A stretch of DNA of 64,000 nt from Bacteroidia bacterium. Lineage in GTDB: Bacteria; Bacteroidota; Bacteroidia; UKL13-3. A program made the position numbers and the translations under genes. Location of the stretch: assembly GCA_041675505.1 (NCBI GenBank), contig JBAYTR010000005.1:53871-117870 (forward strand). Direction: 5' to 3'. This document shows, piece by piece, positions 24,419 to 33,506 of this stretch (positions within the stretch are counted from its first letter, which is position 1; the number at the start of each line of letters is the position of its first letter). The notes beneath the pieces were generated by a model. It was not told the DNA's origin, did no database searches, and saw nothing but the letters and a program-made list of their open reading frames with translations.

Positions 24419-24442
24419 ATTATCTTCTCGTCAGTAAATGCA

Positions 24443-25462
24443 TTAAGAATTTGAAACTACAGCAGATTCAATTTTGCGCGGTTGATATTTTGCAGCCATC
24501 TCAGCTATTGCTTTAATGTGATCGGGTGTGGTTCCGCAGCAGCCCCCCAAAACGTTCACTAATCCTTCTTTGCAAAATTCTTCCACTTGCTTGGCCATAG
24601 CAGCGGGACTCTCGTCATATTGCCCCATTTCATTTGGTAAACCGGCATTGGGATATGCACTTACATAATACGGGGAGTTGTTGGCCATTACCTGCAAATA
24701 TGGTCTTAAAGCACTTGCACCTAAAGCACAATTTAATCCTATACTTAGTAAAGGCATATGTTGCATGCTGATAAGAAAGGCTTCTGTAGTTTGTCCGGAT
24801 AGTGTTCTTCCCGATGCATCGGTTATGGTTCCACTCACCATAATAGGAATACGTTTACCTGTTTCTTCAAATAATTCGTCAATAGCATACAATGCTGCTT
24901 TGGCATTTAGAGTGTCAGTGATTGTTTCAATCAGCAGCAGTTCAACTCCACCATCAAGCAAGCCCTTTGCCTGTTCTTTGAAAGCTACTACTAATTGGTC
25001 GAAAGTAACGGCTCTATATCCGGGGTTGTTTACATCTGGTGACATTGATGTAAGTTTTGTTGTTGGACCCATTGATCCCGCAACATATTTGGGCTTGTGG
25101 GGTTCCTTAGCTGTAAATGCATCTGCCACTTCGCGAGCAATTTTTGCTGATTGGTAGTTAATCTCATATACCAAAAAACCAAGTTCGTAATCTGCCTGCG
25201 CAATACTTGTGCTACCAAAAGTATTGGTTTCAATAATGTCTGCTCCGGCTTCCAGGTATTGTTGGTGAATGGCTTTTATAACATCAGGTCGCGTGATAGA
25301 TAATAAGTCGTTGTTCCCTTTGAGGGATAGTGGGTGATTCTTTAACTGTTCGTTTCTGAAATCATCTTCTTCCAAATGATACCGCTGAATCATGGTTCCC
25401 ATAGCGCCATCCAGTATAAGGATACGTTTTTGAATAATGTCTTTTATATTGGGTTTTGTCAT
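24443..25462 (-). CDS. metH: Homocysteine S-methyltransferase domain protein (N-terminal polypeptide of the split MetH)
   Basis: The 339-aa protein has '[10 protein letters not shown]', 'DIIETNTFG' and a C-terminal '[11 protein letters not shown]' zinc/Hcy-binding motif. Confidence 0.85.
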   Translation of the reverse strand: MTKPNIKDIIQKRILILDGAMGTMIQRYHLEEDDFRNEQLKNHPLSLKGNNDLLSITRPDVIKAIHQQYLEAGADIIETNTFGSTSIAQADYELGFLVYEINYQSAKIAREVADAFTAKEPHKPKYVAGSMGPTTKLTSMSPDVNNPGYRAVTFDQLVVAFKEQAKGLLDGGVELLLIETITDTLNAKAALYAIDELFEETGKRIPIMVSGTITDASGRTLSGQTTEAFLISMQHMPLLSIGLNCALGASALRPYLQVMANNSPYYVSAYPNAGLPNEMGQYDESPAAMAKQVEEFCKEGLVNVLGGCCGTTPDHIKAIAEMAAKYQPRKIESAVVSNS

Positions 25463-25520
25463 TGCCTGTTTATTTTCTTATCGCGATTGACTTCGTGACA
25501 GCAGGCAGTTAAAAAATAAC

Positions 25521-25632
25521 TGCTCATCTGTATACGAAACAGTAATTTCGTATTAGGAGTTGGCACCCGTCACTTGCCGGGTTGCCAAGACTTCACAGGG
25601 CCTATTCCCTCTGTCTTTCTTGATAAGCGTGG
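25521..25632 (-). promoter_or_regulatory. SAM-I riboswitch in the 5' leader of the split metH operon
   Basis: The reverse complement reads 'CGCUUAUCAAGAAAGACAGAGGGAAUAGGCCCUGUGAAGUCUUGGCAACCCGGCAAGUGACGGGUGCCAACUCC...ACAGAUGAGCAG'. This matches the SAM-I consensus (P1 'CUUAUC'/'GAUGAG', 'AGAGGGA', 'GGCCC', 'GGCAACC', 'GGUGCCAA..CC'). Confidence 0.85.
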
Positions 25633-25917
25633 CAAATATAAGTTAATGCCATATACTTTGTTACCACATTCTCAATTTGGGCCATTTTTTTCCACCTTTT
25701 TATTCGGCCATCGGATTTTATCCCAAAATAGTTCATTTATGCTTTTGTGTATCCCGTAATGGGTCTGTTATTTTTGGTCCCGAAATAAAAAAATCTGATT
25801 TTCAGTAAATTGGTGTTTGGCACAACTATTTCTATACACTACTCAGCAGACAGATAGGTTTTTCATAGTTTAGTTAGCCCCGGGATTCGCAAGAGTTCCG
25901 GGGTTTCTTTTTTTATG

Positions 25918-26916
25918 TTATGCAAAAAGAAGATTACACCCTCTGATATCGCTGTTGTCAAGTCTGCCACTCACTTCAAAACCGTTTGTATGTAAACGTC
26001 CTATATCATCTGTAGCAATAAAGGCGCAAGAATCTATATTGGCCAAATCAATGATATTGATGGCGCCCGATGCACCACTTGCACCACTGATATCAAAAGG
26101 GTCGTTGGTATTTCTAATCAGTACTTTCATCCAGTGCGGAGTATGGAAAAGAGCATCGCTTTCTGAGTAGGCCTGGCTTAATAGCTCAGTCATTCCGTAT
26201 TCAGATATAATTGCTGCAGGTTGAAGTCTTGTTTGAAGAGTATGATGCAGTTCGTTGCGTGTTATTTCTTTTCTGCGCCCTTTCATACCCCCGGTTTCTA
26301 CAATAATGGTATTGTCGAGGTGAAGTGTGGTTTGGTCAGTGATGTTAAGCAAGGCATACGTCACACCCCATAGAAGCAATTTTTTGTGTTCGCTGCGGGC
26401 TTTTTCCTGCAAGTAAGTGAGCTGATTAATGAGTTGTTCGTCTAACTTATAGAACCTGCTGTCGCTGTGTTTACTTTGATTAATCAGGTGGTCTACCATA
26501 TAAATAAGCGATGAACCCTCACGTTCTATGTAGGAGGGAAGCACTGCACAGAAAATAAAATCTTCGGGCTTACCAATAAAACGGATGAAACTATTGATAA
26601 AGGATTTGATGTACAGGTCGGTTGATTTTAGGCGATGATAACTTTGTCCTGTCCCGGTTGTGGAACTGCTGCTGAAAATAATTTCCGGTTCAAAAATTCC
26701 CGTTTGTATATGTTGTGTCTTAAAGAACTGAACAGGCAGAAAAGGTATATCTTGAATTTGTTTTACAGAAGTTGCATCTTTTCCTAATAAAGAAATGTAC
26801 TGGCGGTAAACAGGGTTATGAATAGCCTGATGCTGAAATAAAAGCAGGGCAGATTCGTTAAAATCGAAGCCGGAGGATGAAAATAGCTCATCAATGAATC
26901 TGTCACGGTTAAACAT
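25918..26916 (-). CDS. Acyl-protein synthetase, LuxE-like
   Basis: The 332-aa protein's length, the 'GGMKGRRKEI' motif and the overall profile are consistent with the LuxE family. No luxC/luxD homolog is adjacent. Confidence 0.5.
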   Translation of the reverse strand: MFNRDRFIDELFSSSGFDFNESALLLFQHQAIHNPVYRQYISLLGKDATSVKQIQDIPFLPVQFFKTQHIQTGIFEPEIIFSSSSTTGTGQSYHRLKSTDLYIKSFINSFIRFIGKPEDFIFCAVLPSYIEREGSSLIYMVDHLINQSKHSDSRFYKLDEQLINQLTYLQEKARSEHKKLLLWGVTYALLNITDQTTLHLDNTIIVETGGMKGRRKEITRNELHHTLQTRLQPAAIISEYGMTELLSQAYSESDALFHTPHWMKVLIRNTNDPFDISGASGASGAINIIDLANIDSCAFIATDDIGRLHTNGFEVSGRLDNSDIRGCNLLFA

Positions 26917-26934
26917 TATCTTTGCAAAAGTAAT

Positions 26935-27456
26935 ATGAAGAATTGTACTTTCTTTTTATTTTCATCGCTGATACTTCTGTTGTTTTCCTGCAGAGACAGG
27001 GAGTCGTTACCTGTTGTGCCGGAAATCAGTTTTAAGAGTTACAGTAAAATAACGAATGCAGCAGGAAAGGATTCGTTGGTACGAATTAGTTTTGATTACC
27101 TTGATGGTGACGGAGATTTGGGTTTATCAGCCCGAGATACTTTCCCCCCATTTCATTACACCGCTACAAATAAATTTTATTACAATATCTACATTGATTA
27201 CCTGGAGAAAAAAGGAGGCGTGTTTGTACCGGTAACGGTACCTTTCACAAATGATACCATACGTTTCTTATATCGAATGGATGTGATTACACCAACCGGA
27301 AAAAACAAAGCAATTAAGGGTGATATTACAATGGATATTGACTTATCTCCTTATCCTGTTAAGCCAGATACTATTCAGTTTAAGGTTCAGATAGCCGACA
27401 GGCAATTACACCTGAGCAATACCACAGAATCTCCGCAGATTAATATGAATTACTAA
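26935..27456 (+). CDS. Hypothetical lipoprotein
   Basis: The signal peptide has a lipobox ('LLLFSC'). No recognisable domain. Confidence 0.5.
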   Translation: MKNCTFFLFSSLILLLFSCRDRESLPVVPEISFKSYSKITNAAGKDSLVRISFDYLDGDGDLGLSARDTFPPFHYTATNKFYYNIYIDYLEKKGGVFVPVTVPFTNDTIRFLYRMDVITPTGKNKAIKGDITMDIDLSPYPVKPDTIQFKVQIADRQLHLSNTTESPQINMNY

Positions 27457-27499
27457 GCACTGAGATGACTTCTCAGCGCTTTCGATAGACTGAAGGGTA

Positions 27500-27724
27500 C
27501 TAAAAATCTTCTTCTTCGTCTTCTTCTTCAAAGTCGTCATCAAAATCATCTTCCACGTCAAGATCCAAATCCAGATCTTCGTCTGAATCTTCTTCGTCTT
27601 CATCAGGTGCAAAAAAATTCTTCTTCACGTACTTCGTTTCTTTTTGAGTACCTGGTGTGGGTTTTAAAGATGGTTTCTTTTTAACCTCTGTTTTTTCTTT
27701 GGTGTTTTTTATAGCTTTTTTCAT
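27500..27724 (-). CDS. Small bipartite protein (74 aa): lysine-rich N-half and an extremely acidic D/E-rich C-half
   Basis: The ORF sits alone in the gap downstream of the deacetylase gene. Its composition 'KKKPSLKPTPGTQKETKYVKK' plus 'DEDEEDSDEDLDLDLDVEDDFDDDFEEEDEEEDF' is striking. Low-complexity DNA can create spurious ORFs, so the call is tentative. Confidence 0.35.
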   Translation of the reverse strand: MKKAIKNTKEKTEVKKKPSLKPTPGTQKETKYVKKNFFAPDEDEEDSDEDLDLDLDVEDDFDDDFEEEDEEEDF

Positions 27725-27866
27725 CTTAAGTTGTAACGAGAGAAGCTTTAAACAAATTTAAAAGTTTTATTAATTAAAAAATCAAATCAGAAATATTTTT
27801 TTAAAATTTTTCTGTGGCGAAATTTATGTCGGCAATTTGTAATTCCAAACGATGAGTGAAAATACT

Positions 27867-28769
27867 TTACTGAAATAATTCACAAGCTGTCCTGAAAGTG
27901 TTACAGTGTGCATTTACAATATCTCCGATTCGGGGAGAATAACCACCACCCATGGAGGCTACAATTGGAACTGAATGTTGCAGAGCATGATGAAAAATAA
28001 GTCGGTCACGTTCCATGCATTCTTCAACGGTAAGAAGGAGTTTGCCGTATCTATCGGTAGCCAGCACGTCTACACCTGAGTTATAAAAGATAAAGTCAGG
28101 AGAGAAGAGTTTCATTATTTTGCTGAGTTGTTCAGCTAATATGAGCAGGTAGTTTTCTCCGGTGGTATCTGTGGGCAGCTCGATATCCAGATCGGAATTT
28201 TCTTTTCGCAACGGGTAATTTTCTTTGCCGTGCATGCTAAAAGTGAATACGCGTGGTTCGTTTGAAAATATTTGAGCAGTACCGTTTCCCTGATGCACAT
28301 CTAAGTCTGCAATTAAAATGCGTTTTGCCTGTTGCCGGTGCAGCAGATATTTAGCGGCAACAGCATTGTCATTCAATAAACAAAAACCTTCTCCTTTGTT
28401 GGTAAATGCGTGATGTGTGCCTCCTGCTATATTAAGTGCAGCACCGTTTTTTATGGCATATTCAGCACACTCTACTGTTCCCTGCACCAGAACTAATTCC
28501 CTTTTTACAAGTTCATCAGTTAGCGGAAAACCTACTGCTCTTACTTCTTTTTCACTCAGCGCTAAATGCAACAGTTTATCTACGTACTCTGCGGTATGGG
28601 TAAGTAAAACAGTTTTCAGATCTGCTGTTTCAGGCTCAAAAAACTGCTCCGGTGTTACTACGTTTTCCCTAAGTAGTTGTTCATGGAGCAATGCGTACTT
28701 TTCCATAGGAAACCGATGGCCTTCGGGCAATGGTAAAGAATACAGGTTACTCCAGGCTATGCGAATCAT
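27867..28769 (-). CDS. Histone deacetylase-family protein (AcuC/AphA-like)
   Basis: The 300-aa protein has 'LIADLDVHQGNGT', 'FSMHG' and 'GGGY', which are arginase/deacetylase-fold motifs. Confidence 0.8.
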   Translation of the reverse strand: MIRIAWSNLYSLPLPEGHRFPMEKYALLHEQLLRENVVTPEQFFEPETADLKTVLLTHTAEYVDKLLHLALSEKEVRAVGFPLTDELVKRELVLVQGTVECAEYAIKNGAALNIAGGTHHAFTNKGEGFCLLNDNAVAAKYLLHRQQAKRILIADLDVHQGNGTAQIFSNEPRVFTFSMHGKENYPLRKENSDLDIELPTDTTGENYLLILAEQLSKIMKLFSPDFIFYNSGVDVLATDRYGKLLLTVEECMERDRLIFHHALQHSVPIVASMGGGYSPRIGDIVNAHCNTFRTACELFQ

Positions 28770-28883
28770 AGGTATCAGTGTCCGAATTACCTCAATTGTT
28801 TGTTTAGAATTATTCTAATTATTGGCTATTTTGCACTGCAACATTTACAGAATGTTATATATTTACCCCAAAAACAATACTAC

Positions 28884-30023
28884 GTGAAATTAGCAGTACT
28901 CAAAGAAACACGGGCCAATGAGCCGCGTGTGGCACTTACACCCTCAGTGGTGCAAAGTTTTGTAAAGGCCGGATTTGAAGTTACGGTAGAGTCGGAAGCG
29001 GGCATGGCCTCTTCTTATTCTGATGAGGCTTATGTTAAGGCAGGAGCAAAAATAGCTTCTTCAGTAGCTGATTTGTACAACAATGCACAAGTGGTTATTA
29101 AAATGAGCCCCCCTCAGGAAAATGAGGTGCAGCAATTGCCACAGGGATGTTCACTGATATCGCTGATTTATGGAAGCATGAACGCGGCATTGGTGCAACA
29201 GCTTAACCAAAAACAAATATCAGTATTTGCTATGGACGCCATTCCGCGTATTTCGCGTGCACAAAATATGGATGCCTTAAGCTCACAAAGTAATCTGGCG
29301 GGTTATAAAGCGGTGTTGCTGGGTGCAAACCACATGCAGAAAATATTTCCGTTGATGATGACGGCTGCCGGAACTATAACCCCCTCTCGTGTGCTCATAT
29401 TTGGTGCAGGTGTGGCCGGATTACAAGCTGTAGCTACCGCGAAACGTTTGGGTGCCATTGTGGAGGTAACTGATGTTCGTCCGGAGACAAAGGAACAGGT
29501 GGAATCATTAGGTGGTAAATTTATTGAAGTAAAATCTGATGACGCTGTTAAAGTAGAAGGCGGATACGCCAAGGAAGTTTCTGCTGAATATTTACAGAAA
29601 CAAAAAGAAGCCGTGAACAAATCATTGTTTCAGGCCGATCTTGTTATCACAACAGCCTTGGTAATGGGCAAAAAAGCTCCTGTACTCATTACGGAAGAAC
29701 AGGTAAAACAAATGAAACTGGGCGCAGTAATAGTAGATATGGCCATTGAACAAGGCGGTAACTGCGAACTGAGTGAATTGAATAAAAATGTTAACAAATA
29801 CGGTGTAAACATTATCGGTCAGGCTAATTTGCCCGGTACACTTTCAAACAATGCCAGTGAGCTGTACGCAAAAAACGTGTACAACCTGCTTATGCATTTG
29901 GCTACAAAAGACGGTTTTAAATGGGAGCTGGAGGAAGAGATTACCAAAGGTACACTTATCGCACACAAAGGTGAAATCCTGAACCCCATGATTAAGCAAG
30001 CATTATCACAACCCTCAAACTAA
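28884..30023 (+). CDS. pntA: NAD(P) transhydrogenase subunit alpha, part 1 (PntAA). Probable GTG start, giving 'VKLAVLKETRANEPRVALTP'
   Basis: AlaDH/PNT N-domain. The 'GAGVAGLQA' Rossmann motif is present. The ORF has no in-frame ATG near the conserved N-terminus. Confidence 0.85.
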   Translation: MKLAVLKETRANEPRVALTPSVVQSFVKAGFEVTVESEAGMASSYSDEAYVKAGAKIASSVADLYNNAQVVIKMSPPQENEVQQLPQGCSLISLIYGSMNAALVQQLNQKQISVFAMDAIPRISRAQNMDALSSQSNLAGYKAVLLGANHMQKIFPLMMTAAGTITPSRVLIFGAGVAGLQAVATAKRLGAIVEVTDVRPETKEQVESLGGKFIEVKSDDAVKVEGGYAKEVSAEYLQKQKEAVNKSLFQADLVITTALVMGKKAPVLITEEQVKQMKLGAVIVDMAIEQGGNCELSELNKNVNKYGVNIIGQANLPGTLSNNASELYAKNVYNLLMHLATKDGFKWELEEEITKGTLIAHKGEILNPMIKQALSQPSN

Positions 30024-30032
30024 ATACAGCAC

Positions 30033-30338
30033 ATGGAAACAATACTTAATTTTATTACAGATAACCTGCAATTAATCTACCTCATTATACTCATGATTTT
30101 TGTAGGTGTAGAAATTATATCTCACGTACCTTCTGTTTTACATACGCCTTTAATGAGCGGTGCTAATGCTATTCACGGTGTGGTAATTATCGGTTCCATT
30201 ATTGTTATGGGGCAGGCACATCAAACTGTTTCCCTTGTACTGGGCTTTCTGGCTGTTGTACTCGGAACACTTAACGTTGTGGGTGGTTTTGTGGTAACCG
30301 ACCGCATGCTCGAAATGTTCAAGAAAAAGAAAAAGTAA
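30033..30338 (+). CDS. NAD(P) transhydrogenase subunit alpha, part 2 (PntAB, membrane)
   Basis: The 101-aa protein has three TM helices and 'GANAIHGVVIIGSII', typical of PntAB. Confidence 0.8.
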   Translation: METILNFITDNLQLIYLIILMIFVGVEIISHVPSVLHTPLMSGANAIHGVVIIGSIIVMGQAHQTVSLVLGFLAVVLGTLNVVGGFVVTDRMLEMFKKKKK

Positions 30339-30358
30339 TAAAGGAATTTCGAATGCTC

Positions 30359-30786
30359 AATTTCTAATGGTTAATAGTGTAAATATTTTGAATGTAATGT
30401 CTGAAGGTAAGATATACGATTTGGAGGAACGCACTTTCATATTTGCTAAAAGAGTTAGAGACTTTGTTCGATTATTGCCATTAACGATTTCCAACAAAGA
30501 AGATATTCGTCAGTTAATTAGATCATCAGGCTCAATCGGTGCAAATTATATAGAGGCTAATGAGAACCTAGGAGAAAAAGATAAAAAGATGCGCATACGT
30601 ATTTCAAGAAAGGAAGCTAAGGAGACTAGATACTGGCTTAATTTAATTGAAACGAAAGATGTTAAGGAACTTGAGGAAGAAAGAAGAAGATTGGCCACTG
30701 AGGCTGAAGAATTGATGCTAATATTTGGGACTATAATTAAACGTTTAAATTAACAATTCGAGATTCGGAATTAACAATTAGAAATT
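30359..30786 (+). mobile_element. Mini-insertion carrying a 'four-helix-bundle protein' gene, bounded by 17-bp imperfect inverted repeats. Left repeat 'aatttctaatggttaat' at 30359-30375; right repeat 'attaacaattagaaatt' at 30770-30786
   Basis: The two repeat arms agree at 16 of 17 positions when one is reverse-complemented. The element expands the pntAB-pntB junction, which is normally a few bp, to about 450 bp. Confidence 0.5.
30397..30753 (+). CDS. Four-helix-bundle protein (TIGR02436-like, '23S rRNA intervening-sequence protein' family)
   Basis: The 118-aa protein has 'YDLEERTFIFAKRVRDF', 'IRQLIRSSGSIGANYIEANE' and 'KDKKMRIRISRKEAKETRYWLNL', which are family hallmarks. Confidence 0.8.
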   Translation: MSEGKIYDLEERTFIFAKRVRDFVRLLPLTISNKEDIRQLIRSSGSIGANYIEANENLGEKDKKMRIRISRKEAKETRYWLNLIETKDVKELEEERRRLATEAEELMLIFGTIIKRLN

Positions 30787-30794
30787 AAAACAAC

Positions 30795-32210
30795 ATGCAA
30801 CAACACATACTACAACTCATATATCTGATAGGCTCAGTAACTTTCATTCTCGGATTAAAGTATCTGGGTAATGCTGCTACAGCCCGAAAAGGTAACCTTA
30901 TTGCAGCATTTGGTATGGCCATCTCCATTTTCGGAACTATCTTTTTGTATACAGATAAAGATGGCAATCACCTGGGTAATCTGGGTTTAATTTTTGGCGG
31001 TCTGATTGTAGGAACCATAATAGGTTGGATGGCCGCTAAAAAAGTACAGATGACAGCTATGCCGGAGATGGTGAGTTTGTTTAACGGAATGGGTGGTGCC
31101 TGCGCTATGCTTATTTCGGTTATTGAATTTCAACACCTCACCTCACCTGAGCACACAGGACCTCTTGCCAGTGGTATGTTACTTACCATCATTACCGGAT
31201 TGATTATCGGCTCGGTTTCTTTCTCCGGAAGTATAATTGCCTGGGGCAAACTCAGCGGTAAGGTGAAAGACAAATCATTCCCTTTTCAGCAATACATCAG
31301 CATAGGTTTAATGCTGGTGATTTTGTTTTTCGCCTATCAGGTGATTGCATTAAAATCAGACAATTTTCAAACTGAACTTTACATTGTACTGGCACTTTCT
31401 CTGGTGTACGGTATCTTATTCGTACTGCCAATTGGTGGTGCTGATATGCCTGTGGTTATCTCGTTGCTCAATTCTTTTACTGGTGTGGCCGCAGCTTGCG
31501 GAGGTTTCCTTTACGATAACAAGGTGATGCTGGTAGGAGGTATACTGGTTGGTTCAGCAGGAACACTGCTCACCATTGTGATGTGTAAAGCCATGAATCG
31601 CTCCCTGTTGAATGTGTTAATAGGTAATTTTGGTGGTGGTGCTTCAGGCGCTGTTGCCACTTCATCAACAATAGTGGGTTCCATTAAAGAAGTGAAGGCC
31701 TCTGATGCAGCTATACTAATGAAATATGCCAAGAAAGTAATTATTGTTCCGGGTTACGGATTGGCTGTAGCACAAGCACAGCACGTGGTGCATGAACTGG
31801 AAGAACTTTTGGAAAGAGAGGGTGTAGAAGTTAAATATGCTATTCATCCCGTTGCCGGTCGTATGCCTGGGCACATGAACGTATTGCTGGCTGAGAGTAA
31901 TGTGAGCTACGATAAATTGGTGGAAATGGAAGAAATCAATCCGGAGTTCAATACCACAGATGTGGTACTGGTAGTAGGAGCGAATGACGTAGTGAACCCA
32001 GCAGCTAAAACAGATCCCGCTTCACCTATTTACGGTATGCCCATACTGGAAGTGGAGAATGCCCAAAATGTGATTGTAAACAAACGTAGCATGAAAGCCG
32101 GTTATGCAGGCATCGAAAACGAGTTGTTCTACCGTCCTAAAACCAGCATGTTATTTGGTGATGCGAAAAAAGCACTAACTGAGTTGGTGAACGAAATAAA
32201 ATCCCTTTAA
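30795..32210 (+). CDS. pntB: NAD(P) transhydrogenase subunit beta
   Basis: The 471-aa protein has an N-terminal polytopic membrane domain and a C-terminal dIII domain with 'VPGYGLAVAQAQH' and 'GANDVVNPAA'. Confidence 0.9.
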   Translation: MQQHILQLIYLIGSVTFILGLKYLGNAATARKGNLIAAFGMAISIFGTIFLYTDKDGNHLGNLGLIFGGLIVGTIIGWMAAKKVQMTAMPEMVSLFNGMGGACAMLISVIEFQHLTSPEHTGPLASGMLLTIITGLIIGSVSFSGSIIAWGKLSGKVKDKSFPFQQYISIGLMLVILFFAYQVIALKSDNFQTELYIVLALSLVYGILFVLPIGGADMPVVISLLNSFTGVAAACGGFLYDNKVMLVGGILVGSAGTLLTIVMCKAMNRSLLNVLIGNFGGGASGAVATSSTIVGSIKEVKASDAAILMKYAKKVIIVPGYGLAVAQAQHVVHELEELLEREGVEVKYAIHPVAGRMPGHMNVLLAESNVSYDKLVEMEEINPEFNTTDVVLVVGANDVVNPAAKTDPASPIYGMPILEVENAQNVIVNKRSMKAGYAGIENELFYRPKTSMLFGDAKKALTELVNEIKSL

Positions 32211-32211
32211 G

Positions 32212-32751
32212 ATGAAAAAAATACTTTTGATTGTAGGCGGAATTATTCTTTTAGCTGTAATTGCTCTGCCTGTATTGCGCTCTCAAACTAAAAAACACAG
32301 CCCCGAAGCGGTGGTTACTTTTAACAGCAACGGTTTTGATATGCAGGTCAACTACTGCCAACCCTCTAAAAAAGGAAGGCTGATTTTTGGCGAAAAGGCA
32401 GATGGTGCCTTGCAACCTTATGGCGAGTATTGGAGAGCCGGAGCTAATGAGGCAACTGTGTTTGAAACCAAAACAACCATCAACTTTGGCGGCAAAATAT
32501 TACCCGCAGGCAAATACAACCTTTACGTATACCCCGGAAAAGACAACTGGGATATTTGCTTAGGCAGTGATTGGGACAGGTGGGGTGCAGCCGAGGCAGA
32601 TAAAGCGAAGGAGTTGATGAGAGTCAACGTACCGGTTGATAATAACGCCTCGCTACAAGAGGTATTCACCATTTCTTTCGACCCCAGCGGGGCTCTTATT
32701 TTGCATTGGGATCAAACCAAAGTAATGGTGCCCGTGCTTTTGGCGGGATAA
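32212..32751 (+). CDS. DUF2911-like secreted protein
   Basis: Signal peptide plus 'YGEYWRAGANEAT' and 'GKYNLYVYPGKDNWD', motifs I associate with DUF2911. Confidence 0.5.
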   Translation: MKKILLIVGGIILLAVIALPVLRSQTKKHSPEAVVTFNSNGFDMQVNYCQPSKKGRLIFGEKADGALQPYGEYWRAGANEATVFETKTTINFGGKILPAGKYNLYVYPGKDNWDICLGSDWDRWGAAEADKAKELMRVNVPVDNNASLQEVFTISFDPSGALILHWDQTKVMVPVLLAG

Positions 32752-32869
32752 TTCATTAAATTCTTAATGTTGAATGCTTAATTTTTAATTAAGGCAGTTT
32801 ATTCAGTTGGAAAGAATAGCGTTAAACATTAATTCTTTTTTTACATCGAATAAGCAAAAACTTTAACTT

Positions 32870-33418
32870 GTGAAAAACAACTATACGCTACTTCTTTTTT
32901 TTGCTGCATTTTGCTTAATAAGCGTGCAGTGCAAAAAAGATGATGATAGTTATGCAAAAGAATTAGCCAAGTTACCACCTGCTACCACCAAAGGCCACAA
33001 TACTTTTGGGTGTTTGATAAATGGAAAGGCATTTCCTTCTGGTGCACCAGGCGAGCACATGCCATTGGCTTATTATGAAAACAATGAATTGTATATAAGT
33101 TATTCGACTCGCTTAGATCCATTCAGTCCAATATTAGACAAAGGTGTTTCACTTCGGATTTTTAATAAAATATACTCAGAGGGTATATTCCAAATCAACC
33201 CTACTGGCAATGACCACTTCAGTGCTATTTGGGATGGGGATGTTTATCATTCCTACTTATGCAACATACCCCAAGATAAAGTTGCAACCATTGTCATCAC
33301 CCGATTTGACTCAATTCATCATATTCTCTCAGGTATGTTCAGCTTTAAAGCAAAATCGAGAAAGAATGATAAAATTCTTCTCGTAGAACACGGCCGTTTC
33401 GATTTTTCTTACCAATAA
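32870..33418 (+). CDS. Hypothetical lipoprotein
   Basis: Lipobox 'LISVQC'. No known motif. Confidence 0.5.
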   Translation: MKNNYTLLLFFAAFCLISVQCKKDDDSYAKELAKLPPATTKGHNTFGCLINGKAFPSGAPGEHMPLAYYENNELYISYSTRLDPFSPILDKGVSLRIFNKIYSEGIFQINPTGNDHFSAIWDGDVYHSYLCNIPQDKVATIVITRFDSIHHILSGMFSFKAKSRKNDKILLVEHGRFDFSYQ

Positions 33419-33506
33419 TCATAGTTTTATCACTAAAACCTAAAATGAGTAAAATCATTTTTTTGTTCGCCTCAGTTGGCTGTACTTTGTACTATAAAAT
33501 TCGGTT

